A DNA stretch of 54,590 nucleotides. It comes from Deltaproteobacteria bacterium HGW-Deltaproteobacteria-22. GTDB taxonomy: Bacteria; Myxococcota_A; Polyangia; HGW-17. The DNA lies in the NCBI GenBank assembly GCA_002841825.1, contig PHAZ01000006.1, forward strand, positions 1 to 54,590. The letters are read 5' to 3'. Below, one piece after another: positions 8,150 through 16,791 of the stretch; the first letter of the stretch is position 1, and each line of letters begins with the position of its first letter. The notes beneath the pieces were generated by a model. That model was not told the origin of the DNA. It did not search any database and worked only from the letters and a program-made list of their open reading frames with translations. The position numbers and the translations under genes were made by a program.

Positions 8150-9952
8150 TTACTTCTCAGGCAGGGCGTCCAGATACGACCAGCGCTCGTAGGCGGCCTC
8201 GATCTCGGCGTCCAGGGCGTGCATGCGGTCGGTCATCTTCGCGGCCTCGGCGGCGCGCTCGCGATAGAACTCCGGGTTCGACAGGGTGGCCACGAGGGTG
8301 TCCTTCTCGGCCTCCAGGGCGGCGATGCGCGCCTCGATGCCGGCGAGCTCCCGGGTCTCGGCGAAGGTGCGCTTGCGGGGTTTTTCCTTGGGCGGCGCGC
8401 TCTCGCGGGGTTTTTCCCGGGGCTCCTTCTTCGGCTCGGCCTTGACCGGCGGCGGGGGCAGATCCGACCAGCCGCCGACGAACTCCTCGACGAGGCCGTC
8501 GCCGGCGAAGCGCCAGCAGGAGGTGACCACGTTGTCCAGGAAGCGGCGGTCGTGGGAGACGATGAGCACGGTGCCCGGGTACTCCGAGAGCAGGTCCTCG
8601 AGCAATTCGAGGGTGTCCATGTCCAGGTCGTTGGTGGGCTCGTCCATGATCAGGACGTTGGACGGCCGCGCGAAGAGGCGCGCCAGCAGCAGGCGGTTGC
8701 GCTCGCCGCCGGAGAGCACGCCCACGGGGGTGTCCATCTGGTCGGGGGTGAACAGGAAGTCGCGCAGGTAGCCGATGACGTGGCGCTGGACGCCGCCGAT
8801 GTCCAGGAACTCGCGGCCGTCGGCGACCATGTCCCGCAGGGTGCGATCCGGGTCGAGCTCCTCGCGCAGCTGGCCGAAGAACTGGATCTCCAGGTTCACG
8901 CCGGTGCGGACGCGGCCCTCCTGGGGGTCCAGTTTACCGAGCAGCAGCGACAGCAGGGTGGTCTTGCCGCAGCCGTTGGGGCCCACGATGCCGATGCGGT
9001 CGCCCCGGGCGATGACGGTGGAGAAGTCGGTCACGATGGGGCGGCCCGGGAACGCAAAGCGCAGCCCGATGGCCTCGATGACCAGCCGGCCGGACTTGCG
9101 GGCCTGCTCGATGCGCAGCTGGACCGTGCCGATCTGCGAGCGCATGGCCGCGCGCTCCTTGCGCAGCTCCATCAGGCGGAAGACGCGGCCCTCGTTGCGG
9201 GTGCGCCGAGCCTTGACACCGCGGCGCAGCCAGGTCTCCTCCTGCTCGAGGAGGCGGTCGAACTTGTCGACCTGGACGCGCTCGACGGCCAGGGCGGCGG
9301 CCTTCTTCTCCTGGTACAGGGCCCAGTTGCCCGGCCACGAGGTGATCTTGCCGCGGTCGAGATCGAGGAAACGGGTCCCCATGCGTTCGAGGAAGGCGCG
9401 GTCGTGGGTGACGAACACCACCGTCTTGATGGCGCGCTGGATGAACTGCTCCATCCACAGCACCGCCTCGACGTCGAGGTGGTTCGTCGGCTCGTCCAGG
9501 ATCAGCAGATCCGGGCGGGCAGCCAGGGCGCCGGCCAGCCACACGCGGCGCCGGGCCCCGCCCGAGAGGGTGTCCACGGGGTCTTCGGGGGAAAGCGCCA
9601 TGCGCGAGAGGGTCTCCCGGACGGCCTGCTCGTCCTCGTCGGTGAGGGGCTCGTCGACGGAGACGCCGCGGCTGGTCTGCACGATGCCGATCACGGTCTG
9701 CAAGATGGTGCCGGTGATGTTTCGCGGCACCTCCTGGGGCAGCGATGCGATGCGAAGGCCGGGCTCGATGGCGAGCTCGCCGGCGTCGGGCACGAGCTCC
9801 CCCGAGAGGATCTTCAGCAGGGTGGACTTGCCGCTGCCGTTGACGCCGAGCAGGGCCACGCGTTCGCCGCGGTCGACGAGGAGATCGACGCCGTCGAGGA
9901 GGGCGTGCCCGCCGAAACTGTACCGGATGCCTTTGAGTTGGATCAGTGCCAT
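8150..9952 (-). CDS. uup: ABC-F family ATPase, Uup-like
   Basis: Two ABC domains (GVNGSGKST, GPNGCGKTT; LSGG, LDEPTNHLD, MDEPTNDLD), RRGVKARRTRN linker, C-terminal coiled-coil domain, no TM. Confidence 0.92.
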   Translation of the reverse strand: MALIQLKGIRYSFGGHALLDGVDLLVDRGERVALLGVNGSGKSTLLKILSGELVPDAGELAIEPGLRIASLPQEVPRNITGTILQTVIGIVQTSRGVSVDEPLTDEDEQAVRETLSRMALSPEDPVDTLSGGARRRVWLAGALAARPDLLILDEPTNHLDVEAVLWMEQFIQRAIKTVVFVTHDRAFLERMGTRFLDLDRGKITSWPGNWALYQEKKAAALAVERVQVDKFDRLLEQEETWLRRGVKARRTRNEGRVFRLMELRKERAAMRSQIGTVQLRIEQARKSGRLVIEAIGLRFAFPGRPIVTDFSTVIARGDRIGIVGPNGCGKTTLLSLLLGKLDPQEGRVRTGVNLEIQFFGQLREELDPDRTLRDMVADGREFLDIGGVQRHVIGYLRDFLFTPDQMDTPVGVLSGGERNRLLLARLFARPSNVLIMDEPTNDLDMDTLELLEDLLSEYPGTVLIVSHDRRFLDNVVTSCWRFAGDGLVEEFVGGWSDLPPPPVKAEPKKEPREKPRESAPPKEKPRKRTFAETRELAGIEARIAALEAEKDTLVATLSNPEFYRERAAEAAKMTDRMHALDAEIEAAYERWSYLDALPEK

Positions 9953-9956
9953 GATG

Positions 9957-11672
9957 TCAGGGGATCCGCGTCATCTGCCCGGACAGGAACCGGTACAGGC
10001 GGGGACGGCGCTGGTTTTTTCCGTTCGTATCGAAGACGCGGCCCAGGCCGGGGCCCTGGTTCCACTGGGCGATGGCCTCCCGCAGAAGGATCCGCGAGCC
10101 CGCGCTGCGAACCGCCGGGATCGGGAGGGACTTGATCCACCAGTAGGTCTCCGACGCGACCGAGAGCACCACAGGGGCCTTGAGGCGGGTGAAGAAGGCG
10201 TTCATCGTGTTGAACTCCGGGTCGGGGGCGCCGGAATAATAGCCCGGCGCGAAGATGCCACCCTCCAGGTAGCGCGCGTTCCGGGAGACGATGGACGGGG
10301 ACAGGGCCTCGGCGGTCGCCAGCAGCAGGAAACCCTTGCCCTGGGCGTTGATCGGCGCCGGGAAGGCGCCGGCGACGGCCAGCCGCCGGGCCAGGGAGGC
10401 GACGCGCTCGGCGGCGTCCGGGATGAGGATCCCCTGGGCCGAGGACAGGTTCGGCAGGTTCAGCCGCTGTGGCAGTTTGGCCGGATCGTAGGTCGAGGAG
10501 AAGACGACGGTGCCACGGTTCTTCGTGATCGCTGCGGCGGCGGCGACGGCCAGCTCGCGGCCCGACGTCGTGTCCGGGACCAGGATGCCCAGGCGGGTGG
10601 CCTTCTCGGAGACGGCCTGCAGGATCAGGGCCTCCACCCGGGCCTTGCGCGTGGGCTGGGCGTAGAAGACCGCGGCCGAAGGGGGCAGGTCCGTGCCGTC
10701 GGCCGGGGAGAGGAACAGGAGGTCCGCGCCGGCGGCGAGGACCAGCCGGGCGCTGTCGGGATCGGGCGGCAGGATCACGGCCAGGGGCCGATCCTTGAGC
10801 AGGATCTCCTCCTGCAGCAGCTGCAGGGCGGTGCCCGGCGAGGAGTTGGTGTTGTGCACCAGGATCTCGAGGGCCGGGATCTCGGCCCTCGCTGACGCGA
10901 GGGCTTGCAGCATCTGCAGTCCCAGGGGGGACCAGGCGCCCGTGACCGGCACCAGCGCGCTGATGCGCCACGGTGTGCCGGAGGGATACGGGTGCTGCAG
11001 GTTGTACACCGCGGTCAGTTTGGCCAGGGTCTCGAGCTCGGCCACGGTCATGGGCTCGGACAGCCAGTGGTGACGAAGGCGCCTGGCCGCCAGGACCCAG
11101 TAGGCCGCGATGCCGCTGTAGGGGGTGAGATCAGGCAGCCGGTCGCCGGTGAGCAGGGACGGGAGCCACTCGAACAGGGCCTGCTTGACGGCCGCCGTGG
11201 CCCCCGGGGCAGCGTACAGGTGGTCTGCGAACAACAGAAGCCCCTCGGGCCGGCAGCGGGTGTAGACGCCGAGCATGCCGTCGATCTGGGCCCAGAAGTC
11301 GTCACCGGAGAGGACCGGGCGCACGGAGATCACGCGCTTGCCCAGATACGTCGCCGTCAACTGTTCCTTCTCGGCGGCGGTGAAGGTGTCGAGGAAGACC
11401 CGGGCCCGGTCGAGGCGTCCGGTGCAGGCGTGGTGCACCGTCAGCAGCATGCGGGCCGCGCGGCGCTCGGGGGGCTCGGGCGGCACGGAGCCGTCGGGGT
11501 TCTCCGGCATGGGATCAAGCAGGGGTTTGAGGCGGACGAAGGCCTGGGGCTCCTGGCCCGAGGAGAAGTCCGCGGCGGCCTGGTACAGGGGCAGGTAGAC
11601 CGGCGGCACGACGTTGCCGGTGACGGTGCCCTGGGGCGTGGAGAGAAAAAGACAGGTGAGGATCCAGAGCAT
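9957..11672 (-). CDS. Exported protein: helical N-terminus plus type-1 periplasmic-binding-fold C-terminus (LpoA/penicillin-binding-protein-activator-like)
   Basis: Short signal peptide; ISALVPVTG..S.LG..M, ILVHNT, LGILVPD...G, GILIPD pattern typical of PBP type-1 folds. Confidence 0.6.
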   Translation of the reverse strand: MLWILTCLFLSTPQGTVTGNVVPPVYLPLYQAAADFSSGQEPQAFVRLKPLLDPMPENPDGSVPPEPPERRAARMLLTVHHACTGRLDRARVFLDTFTAAEKEQLTATYLGKRVISVRPVLSGDDFWAQIDGMLGVYTRCRPEGLLLFADHLYAAPGATAAVKQALFEWLPSLLTGDRLPDLTPYSGIAAYWVLAARRLRHHWLSEPMTVAELETLAKLTAVYNLQHPYPSGTPWRISALVPVTGAWSPLGLQMLQALASARAEIPALEILVHNTNSSPGTALQLLQEEILLKDRPLAVILPPDPDSARLVLAAGADLLFLSPADGTDLPPSAAVFYAQPTRKARVEALILQAVSEKATRLGILVPDTTSGRELAVAAAAAITKNRGTVVFSSTYDPAKLPQRLNLPNLSSAQGILIPDAAERVASLARRLAVAGAFPAPINAQGKGFLLLATAEALSPSIVSRNARYLEGGIFAPGYYSGAPDPEFNTMNAFFTRLKAPVVLSVASETYWWIKSLPIPAVRSAGSRILLREAIAQWNQGPGLGRVFDTNGKNQRRPRLYRFLSGQMTRIP

Positions 11673-11676
11673 GGGT

Positions 11677-12963
11677 TCAGTTCCGCTTGAGCACGATCAG
11701 GTGGTAGTTGCGCTTGCCCGATCGCAGCACGAGGTATTTTTCGAAGAGGAAGTCGCCTTCGGAGACGGTGCGGTCCTTGTCCGTGACCTTCTCCTGGTTC
11801 AGGGAGACGCCGCCGGACTCGAGGAGGCGCCGGGCCTCGCCCTTGGACTTCACGAAGCCCGAGAGCGCGCACAGATCCACCAGCGGGAGGGCCGAACCGA
11901 GCACGGAGGATTCGAGGGTGAAGGCGGGGACGTCGGCGAAGATGCCGGCGAGCTCCTCGGCGCGCACCTCACGAAGGTCGCCGCCGAAGAACACGCGGGT
12001 CCCGCGCAGGGCCGACTCCAGCCCCTCCTGGCCGTGGACCAGCCGGGTCATCTCCTCGGCCAGCCGGGTGTGCGCCGCGCGCAGCTCGGGCTTCTCCCCG
12101 TGGGTCGCTGCCAGTTCGGCGATCTCCTCGAGGGGCACGAACGTGAAGTAGTTCAGCAGCTTGATGACGTCGTCGTCGGCGGTGCGCAGCCAGAACTGGT
12201 AGAAGTGGTAGGGGCTGGTGCGGCTCGGATCCAGCCACACCGTGCCGGCCTCGGTCTTGCCGAACTTGGTGCCCGCCGAGGTCGTCAGCAGCGGCACGGT
12301 CAGGCCGTGCACGGTGCTCCCGGTGAGCCGACGGATCAGATCCGCGCCGGCGGTGATGTTGCCCCACTGGTCGGAGCCGCCCAGTTGAAGCGTGCAGCCG
12401 TCGTTCTGGAACAGGTGCAGGAAGTCGTAGGCCTGCAGCAGCTGGTACGAGAACTCGGTGTAGGAGATGCCCTGCTCCCGGTTCTCCAGGCGCATCTTCA
12501 CCGACTCCCGGGCGATCATGGCGTTGACGGAGAAGTGTTTTCCCACGTCGCGCAAAAACGACACCAGCGACAGGCCCGACAGCCAGTCCGCGTTGTTGCG
12601 CACCAGGGCGCCGACCCTGGGATCCTCGAGATCGAGCATGGCGCGCAGCTGGTCGCGGATGCCCGAGACGTTGCGGCCGAGGACGCCCTCGTCGAGGAGC
12701 TGGCGCTCGGCGGACTTGCCCGAGGGGTCCCCGATCATGCCGGTGGCGCCGCCCACGAGGATGATCGGACGGTGCCCGGCGCGTTGCAGGCGCGCCATGG
12801 TGATCATCGGCAGCAGGCTGCCCACGTGCAGGCTGTCGGAGGTGGGATCGAAGCCGACGTAGAAGTTGACCGGCGCGTGCTCGTCGAGATGGGCGCGCAG
12901 GGCGGCCTCGTCGGTGGAACTGTGGAACAGGCTGCGTTGGTGGAGTTCATCCAGGATGTGCAT
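11677..12963 (-). CDS. tyrS: Tyrosine--tRNA ligase
   Basis: YVGFDPTSDSLHVG, QLGGSDQWGNI, KFGKT, C-terminal S4 domain. Confidence 0.97.
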   Translation of the reverse strand: MHILDELHQRSLFHSSTDEAALRAHLDEHAPVNFYVGFDPTSDSLHVGSLLPMITMARLQRAGHRPIILVGGATGMIGDPSGKSAERQLLDEGVLGRNVSGIRDQLRAMLDLEDPRVGALVRNNADWLSGLSLVSFLRDVGKHFSVNAMIARESVKMRLENREQGISYTEFSYQLLQAYDFLHLFQNDGCTLQLGGSDQWGNITAGADLIRRLTGSTVHGLTVPLLTTSAGTKFGKTEAGTVWLDPSRTSPYHFYQFWLRTADDDVIKLLNYFTFVPLEEIAELAATHGEKPELRAAHTRLAEEMTRLVHGQEGLESALRGTRVFFGGDLREVRAEELAGIFADVPAFTLESSVLGSALPLVDLCALSGFVKSKGEARRLLESGGVSLNQEKVTDKDRTVSEGDFLFEKYLVLRSGKRNYHLIVLKRN

Positions 12964-13017
12964 TTCTCATGGCTCCAATTGAAAAGCGGGGGGCTCGGAA
13001 AAGGATCGGACAGGCCG

Positions 13018-15891
13018 TCAGTTCTTCGTGGGCTCTTCGATCGCGGCGAGCAGTTTCTTGACTTCCTCGAGCTCCTTCATGCCCAGGCGGCCGAGGATCT
13101 CACGGCTCTCCTTGAGCGCGGCGTGGGCCTCCTTGTCGCGGCCGGCCTCGATGAGGAACTCGGCGTAGCGCTTGAGTGAGAGGGCGATCTCGCGCTCGAG
13201 CTTGAGCATCTTGAACAGGTCGATGCCCTGCTGGAAGTGGCCGATGGTCTCCTCCAACTGGTGCGCCGCGCTCTCGGAATCACCCGCGGAAAAGGCCGTG
13301 GAGGACAGGATCTCGGCGATGGTGATCGCCGCGCGGGCCTTGAACTCGAGGATGTCCAGCTCCTTGGCCAGGGCCAGGGCCTCCATGGCGAAGTCCATGG
13401 CCTCCTCGTTCTGGCCGAGCTTCTGCAGCACCAGGCCCATGTTGCGCTTGGCGTCAAACTGCACGCGCTTCTCGTGCATGTCCGTGGCCAGCTCGATGGC
13501 GCGCTCCAGGCGCTTGCGGGACTCCTGGTACTTGCCCATGCGCAGCAGCGCCTCGCCGAGGTTGTTCTGCAGCTTGGCCTCCATGGGGCTGTAGCCGATG
13601 TTCTGGGCGATGGTCAGGCCGCGCTGCCAGTCCTCGACGGCCTCGTCGAGCTGGCCCTGGTGGAAGTGCAGGATGCCCAGGCTGTTGAGCGTGCGGCACA
13701 CGCCCGACTGGTCTCCCAGGCTGCGGTTGATCGAAAGCGCCTCGTTGAAGCAGGAGGCGGCCTCGTTGAACAGGCCCTTGTCGATCTCGATGAAGCCGAT
13801 GTTGGTGAGCACCACCGCGATGGAGCGGGCGTCCCCCAGCCGTCGGCGGATCTCCAGGGCCTCGCCGCAGGCGCGCATGGCCTCGTCGAAGTCGCCCAGG
13901 GAGTAGAGCACCGTGCCCAGGTCGTCGTGGGAGGAGGCCACGCCGCGCAGATCGCCGGCGGCCTCGAACAGGTTCAGTCCGCGCTTGAGGTATTCCAGCG
14001 CCAGGCTGAGCTTGCCCTGCTGGCGGTAGAGGCGCCCCATCTTGTTGAAGGCGACGCCGCCCTTGGCGCGGGAGGCCATGACCCAGGAGAGCCGCAGCAT
14101 CTTCTCGTAGCAGGAGAGCGAGCGGTCGAACTGGCCCTTGATCTCGTACACGTTGCCCAGGTCATGCCACATCTGCATGCGCAGGCTCACCTGCTGCGGG
14201 TTCTGGACGGACAGGGCCTGGATGTACAGCCGGATGGCCTTGTCGTTGAGGAACACCGTGCGGGCCAGATCGGCGGCCTTCTGGTAGGAGAGGGCGGCCT
14301 TCTCGGGCGCGCCGGCGAGCTCCAGGTGGCGTCCGACCTCCTCGAGCAGCTCGGGCGTGGGATCGAGCAGGTGCAGTTGCAGCCACTCGGCGGCCTGGTA
14401 GTGGAAGATCTTCCGCTGCTGCTCCTTGGTGGAGTCGTAGACGATGTTCCAGATCGGCGGATACTTGAAGCGGAACTGCCTCTCGCCGGGCAGAGCGCTG
14501 ACGGGCACGGTCTCGATGAAGCCGCGGACCACGTGGCGCTCGAGGCTGTGGGCGACCAGGTTCACGGTGAACTCGCCCGATCGGGTGATCGAGTCCAGCG
14601 AGGGACCGTCGTGGTCGGTCTTCATGTCGTCGGCATAGATCGAGCGGCGGATCAGGGAGACCACGCCGTCCTGCCAGAACGTCTCGCCGAAGGTGGCCGC
14701 CCGGTTGAGGATGTCGTGATCGCCGTCGGGCAGCAGGTAGATGCGGGCCCGCAGGATGCCCTCGAGGGTGTAGGGCAGCTCGGTGGTGGCCAGCATGGAG
14801 AGCCGGAACTTCCAGGGCGTGCCCGAGACGTCGAGGACCTCGGACTCGATGAGCAGGCGGGCGAGCTCCTCGATGGCGCGGGGGCTGCGATCCATGTGCT
14901 CCTGCACGTGGTTGACGACCGCCTTCGGGATCTTCTCGACGGAGGGCAGCAGGTGGCCCAGCAGGGACTCGGCGTCGGACGAGCCGAGGACCGGCAGGCG
15001 CAGGCGCAGCGTGGCGTACTCGCCCGAGGACCACTGCGGATACCGCGTGAAGAGGTTGTCGCGTCCGCCCGTCAGGATCAGCACCGGCAGGCGCTCGAGC
15101 CCGGCGGCGAGATAGTTGATCAGGTTCACCGTCTCGGGCTCGATGGCGTCCACGCCATCCATGATCAGCAGGAGGACCTTGTCCTCGGCCATCAGGGACA
15201 GGATGCGGCGCAGCGCGATGAACACGCGCAGCTCGATCTGGGAGGGGACGCGCAGCAGCGGCTCGAGCACAGGGCTGCCCTCGAGCTCGAAACCCAGGAA
15301 CTGGGTGAACAGGTGGGCCGTCTCGGTGAGCTGGGCGCCCTGCAGGTAACGCTTCAGGCTCTCCTCGAACTTGGCGCAGACCGTCTCGGCGTCGTTGTCG
15401 GCGAAGTCCAGCTCGAAGAACCGGGCCAGCGCGTCGATGACGCCGGTGTACGGCGTCGCCAGGAGGACCCGCGGGGTGCCCAGCAGCACGTGGACCGTGC
15501 CCTCGGCGGCCAGCTGCCGGCCGAACTCCTCGAGCAGGCGCGTCTTGCCGATGCCGGCAGGGCCGTGCACGGTCACAAAGGACAGGCGGTGGTTCACCGT
15601 GACGCGGTTGAGCTCCTCGCGAAGGCGTTCCAGATCGTCGGTCCGCCCCACGAACACCGGGGAGGGGCCCACAGAGCGCAGGCCGCGTGGCTTCTTCTCG
15701 AACGGGGAGTCAGGATCGTCATCGAAGCCGGCTTCGGTGGCCAGGGCGGCCTCGACCTTGCGGGGCGTGGATTCGATCTCGGCCTCCGAGGAGGTCTCGG
15801 TCCGGGAGGACAGACCGAACTGGTATCCGCAGACCTGACAGACGGCCTCGTTATCGGACGGCAAGGGGACACTGCAACGCGGGCATTTCAT
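13018..15891 (-). CDS. Zinc-ribbon + STAND-type (AAA_16-like) NTPase + TPR-repeat protein
   Basis: CPRC-x11-CQVC; FVGR..L..L; GPAGIGKTRL Walker A; LLIMD Walker B; about 10 TPR-like repeats. AGGAG RBS before the ATG at 15891, which overlaps the upstream gene's stop. Confidence 0.85.
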   Translation of the reverse strand: MKCPRCSVPLPSDNEAVCQVCGYQFGLSSRTETSSEAEIESTPRKVEAALATEAGFDDDPDSPFEKKPRGLRSVGPSPVFVGRTDDLERLREELNRVTVNHRLSFVTVHGPAGIGKTRLLEEFGRQLAAEGTVHVLLGTPRVLLATPYTGVIDALARFFELDFADNDAETVCAKFEESLKRYLQGAQLTETAHLFTQFLGFELEGSPVLEPLLRVPSQIELRVFIALRRILSLMAEDKVLLLIMDGVDAIEPETVNLINYLAAGLERLPVLILTGGRDNLFTRYPQWSSGEYATLRLRLPVLGSSDAESLLGHLLPSVEKIPKAVVNHVQEHMDRSPRAIEELARLLIESEVLDVSGTPWKFRLSMLATTELPYTLEGILRARIYLLPDGDHDILNRAATFGETFWQDGVVSLIRRSIYADDMKTDHDGPSLDSITRSGEFTVNLVAHSLERHVVRGFIETVPVSALPGERQFRFKYPPIWNIVYDSTKEQQRKIFHYQAAEWLQLHLLDPTPELLEEVGRHLELAGAPEKAALSYQKAADLARTVFLNDKAIRLYIQALSVQNPQQVSLRMQMWHDLGNVYEIKGQFDRSLSCYEKMLRLSWVMASRAKGGVAFNKMGRLYRQQGKLSLALEYLKRGLNLFEAAGDLRGVASSHDDLGTVLYSLGDFDEAMRACGEALEIRRRLGDARSIAVVLTNIGFIEIDKGLFNEAASCFNEALSINRSLGDQSGVCRTLNSLGILHFHQGQLDEAVEDWQRGLTIAQNIGYSPMEAKLQNNLGEALLRMGKYQESRKRLERAIELATDMHEKRVQFDAKRNMGLVLQKLGQNEEAMDFAMEALALAKELDILEFKARAAITIAEILSSTAFSAGDSESAAHQLEETIGHFQQGIDLFKMLKLEREIALSLKRYAEFLIEAGRDKEAHAALKESREILGRLGMKELEEVKKLLAAIEEPTKN

Positions 15892-16718
15892 GGTGAACCG
15901 GCTCCTTTCCGAATGTTCTGGCACCAGGCGCTCATCCTGGCCCGGCGACGGGCGGCCTCCTGGAGGCGAACCAGCGGGGGTTCAGGGGGCTTTCCGGAGC
16001 GGGGCTGCCAGAAAGCTTCGATTTCATTGGAAAATTCAACCACGGGTTCCCCACGGGTGACCCGCTGGCAGTTGTCGAGGTAGACCGAACGGATGATGCG
16101 GGGCACCGCCTCGACCGACCACGCATTGGTGTCGTGAAACAGGGCCACGCCGCGGCCGAACTGGGCCAGATCGCGCAGCACGTTCTGGAACGCCAGGTTG
16201 ACGTGCCGCTGGAACGGGTCGTTGGAGTCGACGTTCCACATCACGTTGGTGTACTTCAGTTCCCGCAGCACCACGCGGGAGGCGCCGGTCATGCCACCGA
16301 AGGGCGGCCGGTACAGCCACGGGGCGACGCCGGTGACCCGGGTGATCGCGGCGTGGGTCCGCTCGATCTCCTTGCGCTGCACCTCGGGGGGGGTCTGGGA
16401 CATCATGGGATGGGTCTGCGTGTGGTTGCCCACGACGTGACCCCGGCGATGGGCCTCCTCCAGGATCGCGCGGTTCTTCTGGGTGAGCGGAAGCGTGCCC
16501 GAGAAGCGGCGGCCGTTGACGAAGAAGATGGCCTTCACCCCCAGATCGTCGAGGTAGTCCAGAAGCACCGGTGTGGTCTCCCAGGCCGGGCCATCGTCAA
16601 AGGTCAACACGAGCTGGCGGCCCTGGGCCCAGTTGCCGTCGACGTCCTGACCGTCGGCCGTCTGGGGCGGAGTCTGGGAGAGAAAAAGACTGGTGAAAAT
16701 GAGGACCCACAGGTTCAT
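15888..16718 (-). CDS. Exported polysaccharide deacetylase (NodB/CE4)
   Basis: LTFDDGP, GNHTQTHP, RPPFG, WNVDSND, LFHD; signal peptide. Confidence 0.92.
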   Translation of the reverse strand: MNLWVLIFTSLFLSQTPPQTADGQDVDGNWAQGRQLVLTFDDGPAWETTPVLLDYLDDLGVKAIFFVNGRRFSGTLPLTQKNRAILEEAHRRGHVVGNHTQTHPMMSQTPPEVQRKEIERTHAAITRVTGVAPWLYRPPFGGMTGASRVVLRELKYTNVMWNVDSNDPFQRHVNLAFQNVLRDLAQFGRGVALFHDTNAWSVEAVPRIIRSVYLDNCQRVTRGEPVVEFSNEIEAFWQPRSGKPPEPPLVRLQEAARRRARMSAWCQNIRKGAGSP

Positions 16719-16791
16719 GAAAACCCTTTCAGAGCGGAGCGCATCCTATCACAAGGGCCCCTTCCAATACCAGAGTCTTTTCTTGGGCCGT

